A stretch of 5,170 bases of DNA from a virus (lineage: Duplodnaviria > Heunggongvirae > Uroviricota > Caudoviricetes), in IMG/VR virus record IMGVR_UViG_2778261151_000013, one strand, 5' to 3'. A program made the translations under genes and the position numbers. Below are positions 1-5,170 of the stretch, piece by piece. The notes beneath the pieces are model-generated. The model had not been told where the DNA came from. It saw only the letters and a list, made by a program, of their open reading frames with translations, and did no database searches. Positions within the stretch are counted from its first letter, which is position 1; every line of letters starts with the position of its first letter.

Positions 1-1
1 C

Positions 2-133
2 ATTGAGCGACATAATCTGAATCTGAGACAACATCTGGCAAGGCTGGGACGGAAGTCACTGTCGTTCTCAAAATCGGTGGAGCTGCATGACAAGGTCATC
101 GGGCATTATCTGAACATAAAACACTATCAGTAA
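2..133 (+). CDS. insB: IS1 transposase InsB (or InsAB' fusion), C-terminal 43 codons plus TAA stop; 5' part lies left of the window
   Basis: Only open frame across 1-133 on either strand; translation ends …[13 protein letters not shown], stop TAA at 131-133. Partial, so absent from the supplied ORF track. Confidence 0.75.
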
Positions 134-148
134 GTTGGAGTCATTACC
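126..148. repeat. IS1 right terminal inverted repeat (IRR)
   Basis: ATCAGTAAGTTGGAGTCATTACC resembles the remembered IS1 end (…ATCAATAAGTTGGAGTCATTACC) with one difference. The partner IRL lies outside the window. Confidence 0.7.
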
Positions 149-307
149 TTTACCGCCTTTGCCTGTTTGACGGGGATCTTCCCGAAAATGGAAGCCTTCA
201 CCGCAGAGTGGACCTTCCAGTTGGCGCTCAATGTTGCAACGCCGTTTGTGCTGGTTGGATTAGGACTGATATTCCCGCTGCTAGCGCGTAAAGCGAATAG
301 CAAATAA
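149..307 (+). pseudogene. ycaM: 3' fragment (52 codons + stop) of an inner-membrane transporter gene, apparently severed by the IS1 insertion; position matches ycaM
   Basis: Frame-2 translation FTAFACLTGIFPKMEAFTAEWTFQLALNVATPFVLVGLGLIFPLLARKANSK* is a hydrophobic helix with a basic tail and host-like codon usage (CTG, CCG, GCG, ACC, TTC). Stop TAA at 305-307 directly abuts the ycaN stop. The ycaM assignment is by synteny only. Confidence 0.5.
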
Positions 308-1216
308 TTATTGTGGTCGGTGACGCTGACTCTGGCAGATCTGACCCGTTTTTACATAATCGAGAAATGCGCGCAAGCCGCAGGACATATACTGGCGGTT
401 TGGATAATAGATCTGGAAGCCTGGACGCTCTGTGCTCCAGTCTCCCAGTACACATTCTAAACGACCAGTATCAAGGTACTCCTTGATCTGTTCATAGAGC
501 AGATACCCGATACCAGCACCCATCAAAACGGCCTCCAGTTCAGCATCAATATCATCCAGAATGATATTTCCTGCGACAGCAATTTCCAGCTCCTTTGCAA
601 ATTGCCAGTGGAAAGGTTTGCCGCTGGGATAACGAAAAACAACACATTGATGATTAAGCAGATCATGAGGATGGCGGGGTTTGCCATATCTTGCAAAGTA
701 CTCTGGCGTTGCTGCTACACATAATTTCACTGGCGGGCCGATCGCCACGCTGATCATATCTTTTTCGACGATGCCACTAAGTCGAACGCCAGCGTCAAAG
801 CCCTGTTGGACGATATCGACAAGAGAGTCGTCAGTTGTGAGCTCGACTTTAATATCAGGATATTCACGTGTGAAACCAACCAGTAAAGGCATTAAAAATA
901 TACGTGCAGCTACCCGGGCGGCATTGATTTTGAGCGTTCCTGTCGGTGTCAGACGAAAATCATTCATCTCATCTAACATGATCTGAATTTCGTCGAAAGC
1001 TGGGCGCAATCGTTCATAGAGATTAGAACCCGCTTCCGTTAACGATACGCTTCGGGTTGTCCGATTGAATAAGCGAATTTTAAGACGTTGTTCCAGTGTT
1101 TTAATACTATGGCTAATGGCGGACGAGGATAAGCCTAATTCATCGCCCGCTGCACGAAAGCTTTGATTACGGGCCACGGCAAAGAAAGTGGCAAAGTCAG
1201 ACATATTCATCCGCAT
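308..1216 (-). CDS. ycaN: LysR-family transcriptional regulator
   Basis: 302-aa ORF with an N-terminal HTH region (MSDFATFFAVARNQSFRAAGDELGLSSSAISHSIKTLEQRL) and a LysR substrate-binding-type C-terminal domain. Diverges from ycaK across 99 bp. Start at ATG 1214-1216 has AAGGA 9 nt upstream; in-frame ATGs at 1210 and 1204 are alternatives. Confidence 0.9.
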   Translation of the reverse strand: MRMNMSDFATFFAVARNQSFRAAGDELGLSSSAISHSIKTLEQRLKIRLFNRTTRSVSLTEAGSNLYERLRPAFDEIQIMLDEMNDFRLTPTGTLKINAARVAARIFLMPLLVGFTREYPDIKVELTTDDSLVDIVQQGFDAGVRLSGIVEKDMISVAIGPPVKLCVAATPEYFARYGKPRHPHDLLNHQCVVFRYPSGKPFHWQFAKELEIAVAGNIILDDIDAELEAVLMGAGIGYLLYEQIKEYLDTGRLECVLGDWSTERPGFQIYYPNRQYMSCGLRAFLDYVKTGQICQSQRHRPQ

Positions 1217-1231
1217 TAGTGAAAATCCTTC

Positions 1232-1248
1232 ATTAACTCATCCTGAAT
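1232..1248. promoter_or_regulatory. Candidate LysR-type T-N11-A motif in the ycaN/ycaK divergent intergenic region
   Basis: ATTAACTCATCCTGAAT = ATT-N11-AAT with partial dyad symmetry, between the two divergent start codons. Such motifs occur by chance. Confidence 0.25.
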
Positions 1249-1255
1249 CATCACG

Positions 1256-1284
1256 TTTACAGGATTATGCCGCCTGCGTAAAGT
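1256..1284 (+). promoter_or_regulatory. Candidate sigma70 promoter for ycaK
   Basis: TTTACA (1256-1261), 17-bp spacer, TAAAGT (1279-1284), about 30 bp upstream of the ycaK ATG. The ycaK start has GGAGG 8 nt upstream. Confidence 0.3.
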
Positions 1285-1315
1285 GCGCTCCAGAACTTAA
1301 CGTGGAGGTAAAATT

Positions 1316-1906
1316 ATGCAGTCTGAACGTATTTATTTGGTATGGGCCCATCCTCGTCATGATTCATTGACCGCACATATTGCTGATGCGATCCATCAGC
1401 GGGCAATGGAGCGGAAAATACAGGTGACGGAACTCGATTTATATCGGCGTAATTTCAACCCAGTGATGACGCCGGAAGATGAACCAGACTGGAAGAATAT
1501 GGATAAACGTTATTCTCCAGAGGTTCATCAGCTTTATTCAGAGCTGCTTGAACATGACACGTTAGTGGTGGTTTTTCCTCTCTGGTGGTACAGCTTCCCG
1601 GCAATGCTAAAAGGATATATTGACAGAGTATGGAATAATGGGCTGGCTTATGGAGATGGGCAGAAATTACCATTCAATAAAGTTCGTTGGGTGGCGCTGG
1701 TTGGAGGAGACAAAGAATCATTTGTCCAGATGGGCTGGGAAAAAAATATAAGCGATTATTTGATAAATATGTGCAGTTATCTTGGTATTGAAGATGCCGA
1801 TGTCACTTTCTTGTGTAATACAGTGGTATTCGATGGGCAAGAACTTCATGCGAGCTATTATCAGTCGTTATTATCTCAGGTACGGGATATGGTAGATGCA
1901 CTATAA
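1316..1906 (+). CDS. ycaK: Flavodoxin-like fold NAD(P)H dehydrogenase (quinone) family protein
   Basis: 196-aa ORF with ATG start and strong SD. Sequence (…LVVVFPLWWYSFPAMLKGYIDRVW…) is typical of the NQO/MdaB/KefF-like flavoprotein family. Gene order ycaN-ycaK-pflA matches the E. coli arrangement. Confidence 0.9.
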   Translation: MQSERIYLVWAHPRHDSLTAHIADAIHQRAMERKIQVTELDLYRRNFNPVMTPEDEPDWKNMDKRYSPEVHQLYSELLEHDTLVVVFPLWWYSFPAMLKGYIDRVWNNGLAYGDGQKLPFNKVRWVALVGGDKESFVQMGWEKNISDYLINMCSYLGIEDADVTFLCNTVVFDGQELHASYYQSLLSQVRDMVDAL

Positions 1907-1949
1907 AATGTGTTAAAAACGCTGTAGCAGAATGAAGCGCGGAATAAAA

Positions 1950-1977
1950 AAGCGGCAACTCAATAAAGTTGCCGCTT
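1950..1977. terminator. Bidirectional rho-independent terminator between convergent ycaK and pflA
   Basis: Perfect 11-bp inverted repeat AAGCGGCAACT / AGTTGCCGCTT around a 6-nt loop (CAATAA). An A-run on the left gives a U-tract for the pflA transcript; a shorter T-run on the right serves the ycaK transcript. Confidence 0.6.
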
Positions 1978-1987
1978 TACGGGGAAA

Positions 1988-2785
1988 TTAGAACATTACC
2001 TTATGACCGTACTGCTCAAGAATGCCTTTCACGCGTTCCATGGTCTCTTTCTTAGGTGGTTTAACACCGTCGAGTTTGTACTCTTCACCCATTGCCACCC
2101 ATTTGTGTTTGCCCAGCTCGTGGTAGGGGAGGAGTTCGATTTTCTCAACGTTGCCCATATCACGGGTAAATTCACCGAGGCGATGCGCTGAATCGTCATC
2201 GTCAGACCAGCCTGGGACAACAACGTAGCGGATCCACACCTTCACATTTTTGTTCGCCAGATATTTGGCGAACTCCAGCGTGCGGTGGTTGGAAACTCCA
2301 ACCAGATTTTGGTGGATCTCGTCGTTCATCTGTTTGAGATCGAGCATTACCAGGTCGGTTACTTCCAGCAGTTCATCAATCACCGGATCGTAACGACGAA
2401 CAAAACCGTTGGTGTCCAGACAGGTATGAATGCCTTCTTTTTTGCAGGCGCGGAACCAGTCACGAACAAACTCAGCTTGTAGGATTGCCTCACCGCCGGA
2501 TGCGGTAACGCCGCCGCCGGAAGCGTTCATAAAGTGGCGATAGGTCACCACCTCTTTCATTAAATCTTCAACGGTAACTTCTTTACCGCCATGCGTATCC
2601 CAGGTGTCGCGGTTATGACAATACAGGCAGCGCATCAGGCAGCCCTGGAAAAAGGTGATAAAGCGAATACCCGGGCCGTCTACGGTTCCACAGGATTCAA
2701 AGGAGTGAATGCGACCAATAACTGACTTGGTAGCCCCCGCCGTAGCGGTATTTTCTGTTGTATTACAATTAGTTAAATTACTCAT
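1988..2785 (-). CDS. pflA: Pyruvate formate-lyase activating enzyme (glycyl-radical enzyme activase, radical SAM)
   Basis: From residue 21 the ORF reads [42 protein letters not shown]…GHKVMF, with the CxxxCxxC radical-SAM motif; I recognise this as E. coli PflA. End coordinate is the first in-frame ATG (2783-2785), because the position expected for the normal initiator (2726-2728) reads AAG here. True start is unresolved; the conserved 246-codon body is 1988-2725. Confidence 0.9.
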   Translation of the reverse strand: MSNLTNCNTTENTATAGATKSVIGRIHSFESCGTVDGPGIRFITFFQGCLMRCLYCHNRDTWDTHGGKEVTVEDLMKEVVTYRHFMNASGGGVTASGGEAILQAEFVRDWFRACKKEGIHTCLDTNGFVRRYDPVIDELLEVTDLVMLDLKQMNDEIHQNLVGVSNHRTLEFAKYLANKNVKVWIRYVVVPGWSDDDDSAHRLGEFTRDMGNVEKIELLPYHELGKHKWVAMGEEYKLDGVKPPKKETMERVKGILEQYGHKVMF

Positions 2786-2816
2786 ATCGCTTCAATTGGC
2801 TCTAGTTAACTCTGGT
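2729..2816. other. Candidate prophage-chromosome junction (attL region) between int stop and the conserved pflA body
   Basis: Integrase stop (2817-2819) and the conserved pflA sequence (from 2725 down) are separated by only about 90 bp, where a prophage-free E. coli locus has (from memory) a longer pflB-pflA intergenic region. Core not identifiable without the other prophage end. Confidence 0.4.
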
Positions 2817-3812
2817 TTATGGACGCATTATGGACATTCCTGACACCGGGTTAAGAGTCACTGCATCTTGTAAGAAATCCGGTGCAAAGTGTGCGTAGGT
2901 CATAGTTTGCTGAATGTTAGAATGACCCAGGATGCGCTGCAATGTGATTATGTTACCTCCATTCATTATAAAATGTGTGGCAAATGTATGCCTCAAAACA
3001 TGCACTGCCTGTCCGTCAGGTAAATCGGGTTTTACTTCCCTGAGAGCGTTGCGCACTTTGTAGTAACTGGCATTAAAAAGCCTGCCTGAATTTTTGGTCT
3101 TGATCCGTTTAATCAGGTCCTGCGAAACGGGAATTGTCCTGCGCTTTCCGTTTTTAGTTTTCATAAACGTAACCATCTGGTTAATGATGTGTTCAGCTTT
3201 TAAATTAGACACTTCACTCCAGCGTCCACCAGTAGAAAGGCAGACCAGAGTCGCATTTAATTCATCACCATCGAGCATGGATAACAGCCGTGTAATCTCT
3301 TCACTGGACAAAAAAGCCATTTCTGTAACAGCTTCACGTAATCGCTTAACCTCACGGAACGGGTTGTGAGAATGGTATTCACCGGCGTCAATTAACTTGG
3401 TGAACATCCCGCTCATTATTGCCAGATGCCGATTTACGCTGGCTGGTTTTAGACCATCGTTCATCATTACAACGCGATAATCAGTTATCGTTTTCTTTGT
3501 TAGCTGGTCAGCTCTGGACACTCCCATTTCTGCAAATTTGGCGATTATTGTCGTCAAACGCCCCCGTTCAATATCTCCACGCTCATGTGATTTTCCGTGA
3601 TATATCCACCATCTGCCTAACAACTCTGTAAGAGTTCGGCGGTCGGCTGGCTTCTCCAGCCACTCTTTGTTGTGGTAGTTAACCAGTACATGACGTTCGA
3701 ATGCTTGAGCTTCACCTTTAGTTTTAAATTTCCGCCTGATACGTTTTCCATCTGCACCCTGCGGTCTGACGTCCACTTCATAACGACCATCATCGAGCTT
3801 TTTAATAGACAT
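2817..3812 (-). CDS. int: Tyrosine site-specific integrase, P2 Int family
   Basis: 331-aa ORF. N-terminus MSIKKLDDGRYEVDVRPQGADGKRIRRKF closely resembles P2 Int (MAIKKLDDGRYEVD…). C-terminal catalytic signature present: GGRWSEV (Arg), HVLRHTFATHF (His/Arg box), LGHSNIQQTMTYAHF (Tyr nucleophile). ATG start with GGAGGG 5 nt upstream. Confidence 0.93.
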   Translation of the reverse strand: MSIKKLDDGRYEVDVRPQGADGKRIRRKFKTKGEAQAFERHVLVNYHNKEWLEKPADRRTLTELLGRWWIYHGKSHERGDIERGRLTTIIAKFAEMGVSRADQLTKKTITDYRVVMMNDGLKPASVNRHLAIMSGMFTKLIDAGEYHSHNPFREVKRLREAVTEMAFLSSEEITRLLSMLDGDELNATLVCLSTGGRWSEVSNLKAEHIINQMVTFMKTKNGKRRTIPVSQDLIKRIKTKNSGRLFNASYYKVRNALREVKPDLPDGQAVHVLRHTFATHFIMNGGNIITLQRILGHSNIQQTMTYAHFAPDFLQDAVTLNPVSGMSIMRP

Positions 3813-3905
3813 AAAGCCCTCCGATGACGCTGTTTACTTCTACTACTTGAAAATTAATGCAATTTTCTTTCGTACATTTACTGCATACATATGCTGAATA
3901 AATCG

Positions 3906-4217
3906 TCAGCCAGTCTTTTGGTCTGAGTGGTGCAAGGTTGTTGAGTCTTGCCCAATGTGCGCGAGCGCCGGGGCTATTTGTCCGCCAGCGGGATCAGTTT
4001 CATCAAACATGAACCAGTCACGGTACTTGCGAAATCTTTCAGGCTTGAAAAATTTCATGCCTGCGTCAAAAGACATCTTTACTTTTCCCTGCTCATATCC
4101 AGCATAGGTGTTGTAGTTAATTCCAGTTAATTCAGCAACTTGCTTCCTTGTCATTCTTTCTGACTCCCGAATAAGTGCGAGTTTCTCTGCTTGAGATGTG
4201 ATTTGTGTATTTGACAT
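3906..4217 (-). CDS. Prophage immunity repressor, P2 C-like (HTH)
   Basis: 103 aa from ATG 4215-4217: MSNTQITSQAEKLALIRESERMTRKQVAELTGINYNTYAGYEQG…GGQIAPALAHIGQDSTTLHHSDQKTG. The C-terminal tail resembles P2 C (…SGQIAPALAHFGQNETTSPHSGQKTG). The ORF track's longer version starts at an upstream TTG (4265) and is less likely. Confidence 0.85.
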   Translation of the reverse strand: MSNTQITSQAEKLALIRESERMTRKQVAELTGINYNTYAGYEQGKVKMSFDAGMKFFKPERFRKYRDWFMFDETDPAGGQIAPALAHIGQDSTTLHHSDQKTG

Positions 4218-4265
4218 GAATTGTCGTATCTCGTAATTTATGTTGTATGCGACACACCAGAACAA
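4203..4265. promoter_or_regulatory. Lysis-lysogeny switch region between divergent C and cox: candidate face-to-face promoters and phased repeats (candidate operators)
   Basis: Three related 8-mers at exact 19-bp phasing: TTGTGTAT (4203-4210), TGTCGTAT (4222-4229), TGTTGTAT (4241-4248). Rightward promoter candidate: perfect -35 TTGACA (4211-4216), 17-bp spacer, TAATTT (4234-4239). Leftward candidate on the minus strand: TTGTTC (4265-4260), 17-bp spacer, CATAAA (4242-4237). Assignments are tentative. Confidence 0.4.
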
Positions 4266-4321
4266 CGCAGAGCGGCTTCAAATAGCTCTGGTTGAATGGC
4301 ACCAAAGTTGAGGATATCAAA

Positions 4322-4678
4322 ATGAGTATTGGATCAGAAATGAATAACGATGTTGGAGAAAAAGTATCTGATCTCACAAAAAGTAAAAAATGTGACATCA
4401 AACTTGCAGCCGCACCGTCGGATTTGCTCTCGAAAGAGGGATTTGCTCTTTACATCGGTAAGACGCCTCGTGCTGTTGCTGAAATGGCGAAAGCAGGCAA
4501 GTTACCAGCCTTTTATATGACGGACCCATTAAAGCCGGGCGGTCATGCTGAGTTATGGATTAATCGCCGTGAGTGGGACAAGTACGCAGCCCAACTAGTT
4601 GATGAAGCTCCGACAGAATGGCATGACTGGAAAAATCGCATTAGTTACAGCAAATCAAGACATGGCCGTGCGGCTTAA
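4322..4678 (+). CDS. cox: Cox-like excisionase / transcriptional regulator (P2 Cox family)
   Basis: Central region …FALYIGKTPRAVAEMAKAGKLPAFYMTDPLKPGGHAELW… aligns by eye with P2 Cox (…FAKLIGKSTGAVRRMIDKGKLPVIDMTDP…). Divergent from C as in P2. Start chosen at ATG 4322 (GAGGA 7 nt upstream); alternatives are TTG 4292 (no SD) and ATG 4340. Confidence 0.75.
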   Translation: MSIGSEMNNDVGEKVSDLTKSKKCDIKLAAAPSDLLSKEGFALYIGKTPRAVAEMAKAGKLPAFYMTDPLKPGGHAELWINRREWDKYAAQLVDEAPTEWHDWKNRISYSKSRHGRAA

Positions 4679-4688
4679 GGTGGAAAGG

Positions 4689-4859
4689 ATGAACGAGCCT
4701 CGTTGTATTGCTCAGTTATTGCGTAACGAAAGCCCCAGGGCGATTGACTTCACCATTACCCACGGTAAGGGGCGTAAGGGAATCATTATCCGCACCAAAA
4801 AACAGAGTCCGTTAAAAAAGGCTCTGACCTTTCTGAAAAGCCGGAGGGTATGGAAATGA
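4689..4859 (+). CDS. Small basic hypothetical protein (56 aa), in the position of P2 orf78
   Basis: ATG 4689 preceded by strong SD AAGGTGGAAAGG. Lys/Arg-rich C-terminus (…GKGRKGIIIRTKKQSPLKKALTFLKSRRVWK). Its stop overlaps the next gene's start (ATGA). Longer readings from 4599, 4602, 4623 or 4662 overlap the cox 3' end and lack an SD. Confidence 0.5.
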   Translation: MNEPRCIAQLLRNESPRAIDFTITHGKGRKGIIIRTKKQSPLKKALTFLKSRRVWK

Positions 4860-5170
4860 CAGTGATGACGCTCAATCTCGTTGAAAAACAACCAGCAACT
4901 ATGCGCCGGATAATTGGTAAGCATCTTGCCGTCCCTCGCTGGCAGGAGACATGTGATTATTATAATCAGATGATGGAGCGCGAACGGCTAACGGTTTGCT
5001 TCCATGCACAGTTAAAACAGCGTCATGCAACGATGCGTTTTGAAGAAATGAACGACGTCGAACGTGAACGGCTGGTTTGTGCAATTGATGAATTGCGTGG
5101 GGCATTCTCAAAACGCCGTCAGGTCGGTGCAAGTGAGTATGCATATATTAGCTTTTTAACTGTCAGTCAG
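4856..5170 (+). CDS. Prophage early gene in the position of P2 B (replication-associated), 5' partial: first 105 codons, continues beyond window
   Basis: ATG 4856-4858 with GGAGGG 7 nt upstream; open to the window end (MTVMTLNLVEKQPATMRRIIGKHLAVPRWQETCDYYNQMMERERL…). Not in the ORF track because no stop is in the window. Called B-like by position after cox/orf; sequence similarity not verified. Confidence 0.6.
   Translation, partial: MTVMTLNLVEKQPATMRRIIGKHLAVPRWQETCDYYNQMMERERLTVCFHAQLKQRHATMRFEEMNDVERERLVCAIDELRGAFSKRRQVGASEYAYISFLTVSQ

Larger units (their letters stand above)
1..148 (+). mobile_element. IS1-family insertion sequence, right-end fragment (window begins inside the element)
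   Basis: Frame-2 translation of 2-130 (…[43 protein letters not shown]) matches the C-terminus of IS1 InsB as I remember it. It is followed by the IS1 right terminal repeat, ending …ATCAGTAAGTTGGAGTCATTACC at 148. Codon usage in 2-130 (CGA, AGA, AGG, CGG for Arg) is atypical of host genes. Recognised from memory, not searched. Confidence 0.8.
2786..5170. mobile_element. P2-like prophage, integrase-proximal end (int, C, cox-like, small ORF, B-like); continues beyond window
   Basis: Gene order and orientation int<-C<- | ->cox->orf->B match the P2 early region, and Int, C and Cox resemble the P2 proteins. The left boundary is approximate (somewhere in 2725-2816). Confidence 0.85.

Noticed and set aside
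2-307. One continuous plus-strand frame-2 ORF interrupted by an internal TAA at 131-133 (looks like a nonsense mutation in a single gene)
   Set aside because: The two halves are unrelated: 2-133 is the IS1 InsB C-terminus with its own stop, and 149-307 is the host transporter fragment. The shared frame is coincidental and the IS terminal repeat (126-148) lies between them.
228-455. 75-aa minus-strand ORF
   Set aside because: Overlaps the ycaN 3' end in another frame and lies antisense to the transporter fragment; no SD, and the product looks low-complexity. Likely spurious.
681-986. 101-aa plus-strand ORF inside ycaN
   Set aside because: Entirely antisense to the well-supported LysR regulator gene, with no recognisable domain.
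1188-1370. 60-aa plus-strand ORF spanning the ycaN start, the intergenic region and the ycaK start
   Set aside because: Crosses a promoter region and overlaps two well-supported genes; no SD.
1455-1673. 72-aa minus-strand ORF inside ycaK
   Set aside because: Antisense to a conserved gene; no supporting signals.
2003-2482. Three short ORFs (2003-2191 +, 2029-2223 -, 2285-2482 +) within pflA
   Set aside because: All lie inside the pflA coding region in alternative frames or antisense; pflA is strongly supported.
2729-2785. Treating the 19-codon N-terminal extension of pflA as a definite new protein domain
   Set aside because: It may be untranslated junction or attachment-site DNA that only appears coding because no stop intervenes. 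Kept as a hypothesis in the findings, not as an established feature.
3094-3631. Two plus-strand ORFs (3094-3369, 3419-3631) inside int
   Set aside because: Antisense to the integrase gene; no SD or recognisable features.
4218-4321. Longer N-terminal readings of C (TTG 4265) and cox (TTG 4292)
   Set aside because: Both extensions begin at TTG without an SD and would run through the divergent promoter region. Internal ATGs at 4217 (C) and 4322 (cox) give products matching P2-family sizes and motifs.
3948-4401. ORFs 3948-4130 (+) and 4132-4401 (-) overlapping the C repressor and switch region
   Set aside because: They overlap the C gene in other frames or span the divergent promoter region; C and cox account for the coding signal.
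4712-5144. Minus-strand ORFs 4712-4924 and 4899-5144
   Set aside because: Antisense to the small basic ORF and the B-like gene, which are arranged as a coupled plus-strand operon.
1-5170. CRISPR array, tRNA/tmRNA integration target, or defence-system cargo
   Set aside because: No spaced direct repeats, no tRNA-like structure at the prophage boundary, and every sizeable ORF in the prophage segment is accounted for by int, C, cox, the small ORF and B. Any accessory cargo of this prophage would lie beyond position 5170.

Overview
This 5.2-kb window is a composite of three kinds of DNA. (1) Positions 1-148 are the right end of an IS1-type insertion sequence (C-terminal codons of transposase InsB plus the terminal inverted repeat). 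It appears to have cut into a ycaM-like inner-membrane transporter gene, of which only the last 52 codons remain (149-307). (2) Positions 308-2785 are a conserved E. coli-type chromosomal block: ycaN (LysR-family regulator, minus strand), ycaK (flavodoxin-like NAD(P)H quinone oxidoreductase family, plus strand) and pflA (pyruvate formate-lyase activating enzyme, minus strand), with a bidirectional terminator between ycaK and pflA. (3) From about 2786 to the window end is the integrase end of a P2-like prophage: int (minus), a P2 C-type immunity repressor (minus), a divergent switch region, a Cox-like gene (plus), a small basic ORF (plus) and the 5' part of a B-like early gene (plus) that runs off the window. 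Protein identifications are from my own recognition of the translated ORFs; no database search was run. No rRNA, tRNA or CRISPR array is evident, and I see no defence or cargo gene in the visible prophage segment. The most interesting feature is the prophage-pflA junction: the integrase stop lies 31 bp from an in-frame ATG that extends pflA by 19 codons, the position where I expect the normal pflA initiator reads AAG, and pflA sits directly downstream of, and co-oriented with, the prophage C-int operon. The exact att core and prophage boundary cannot be fixed from this window alone.
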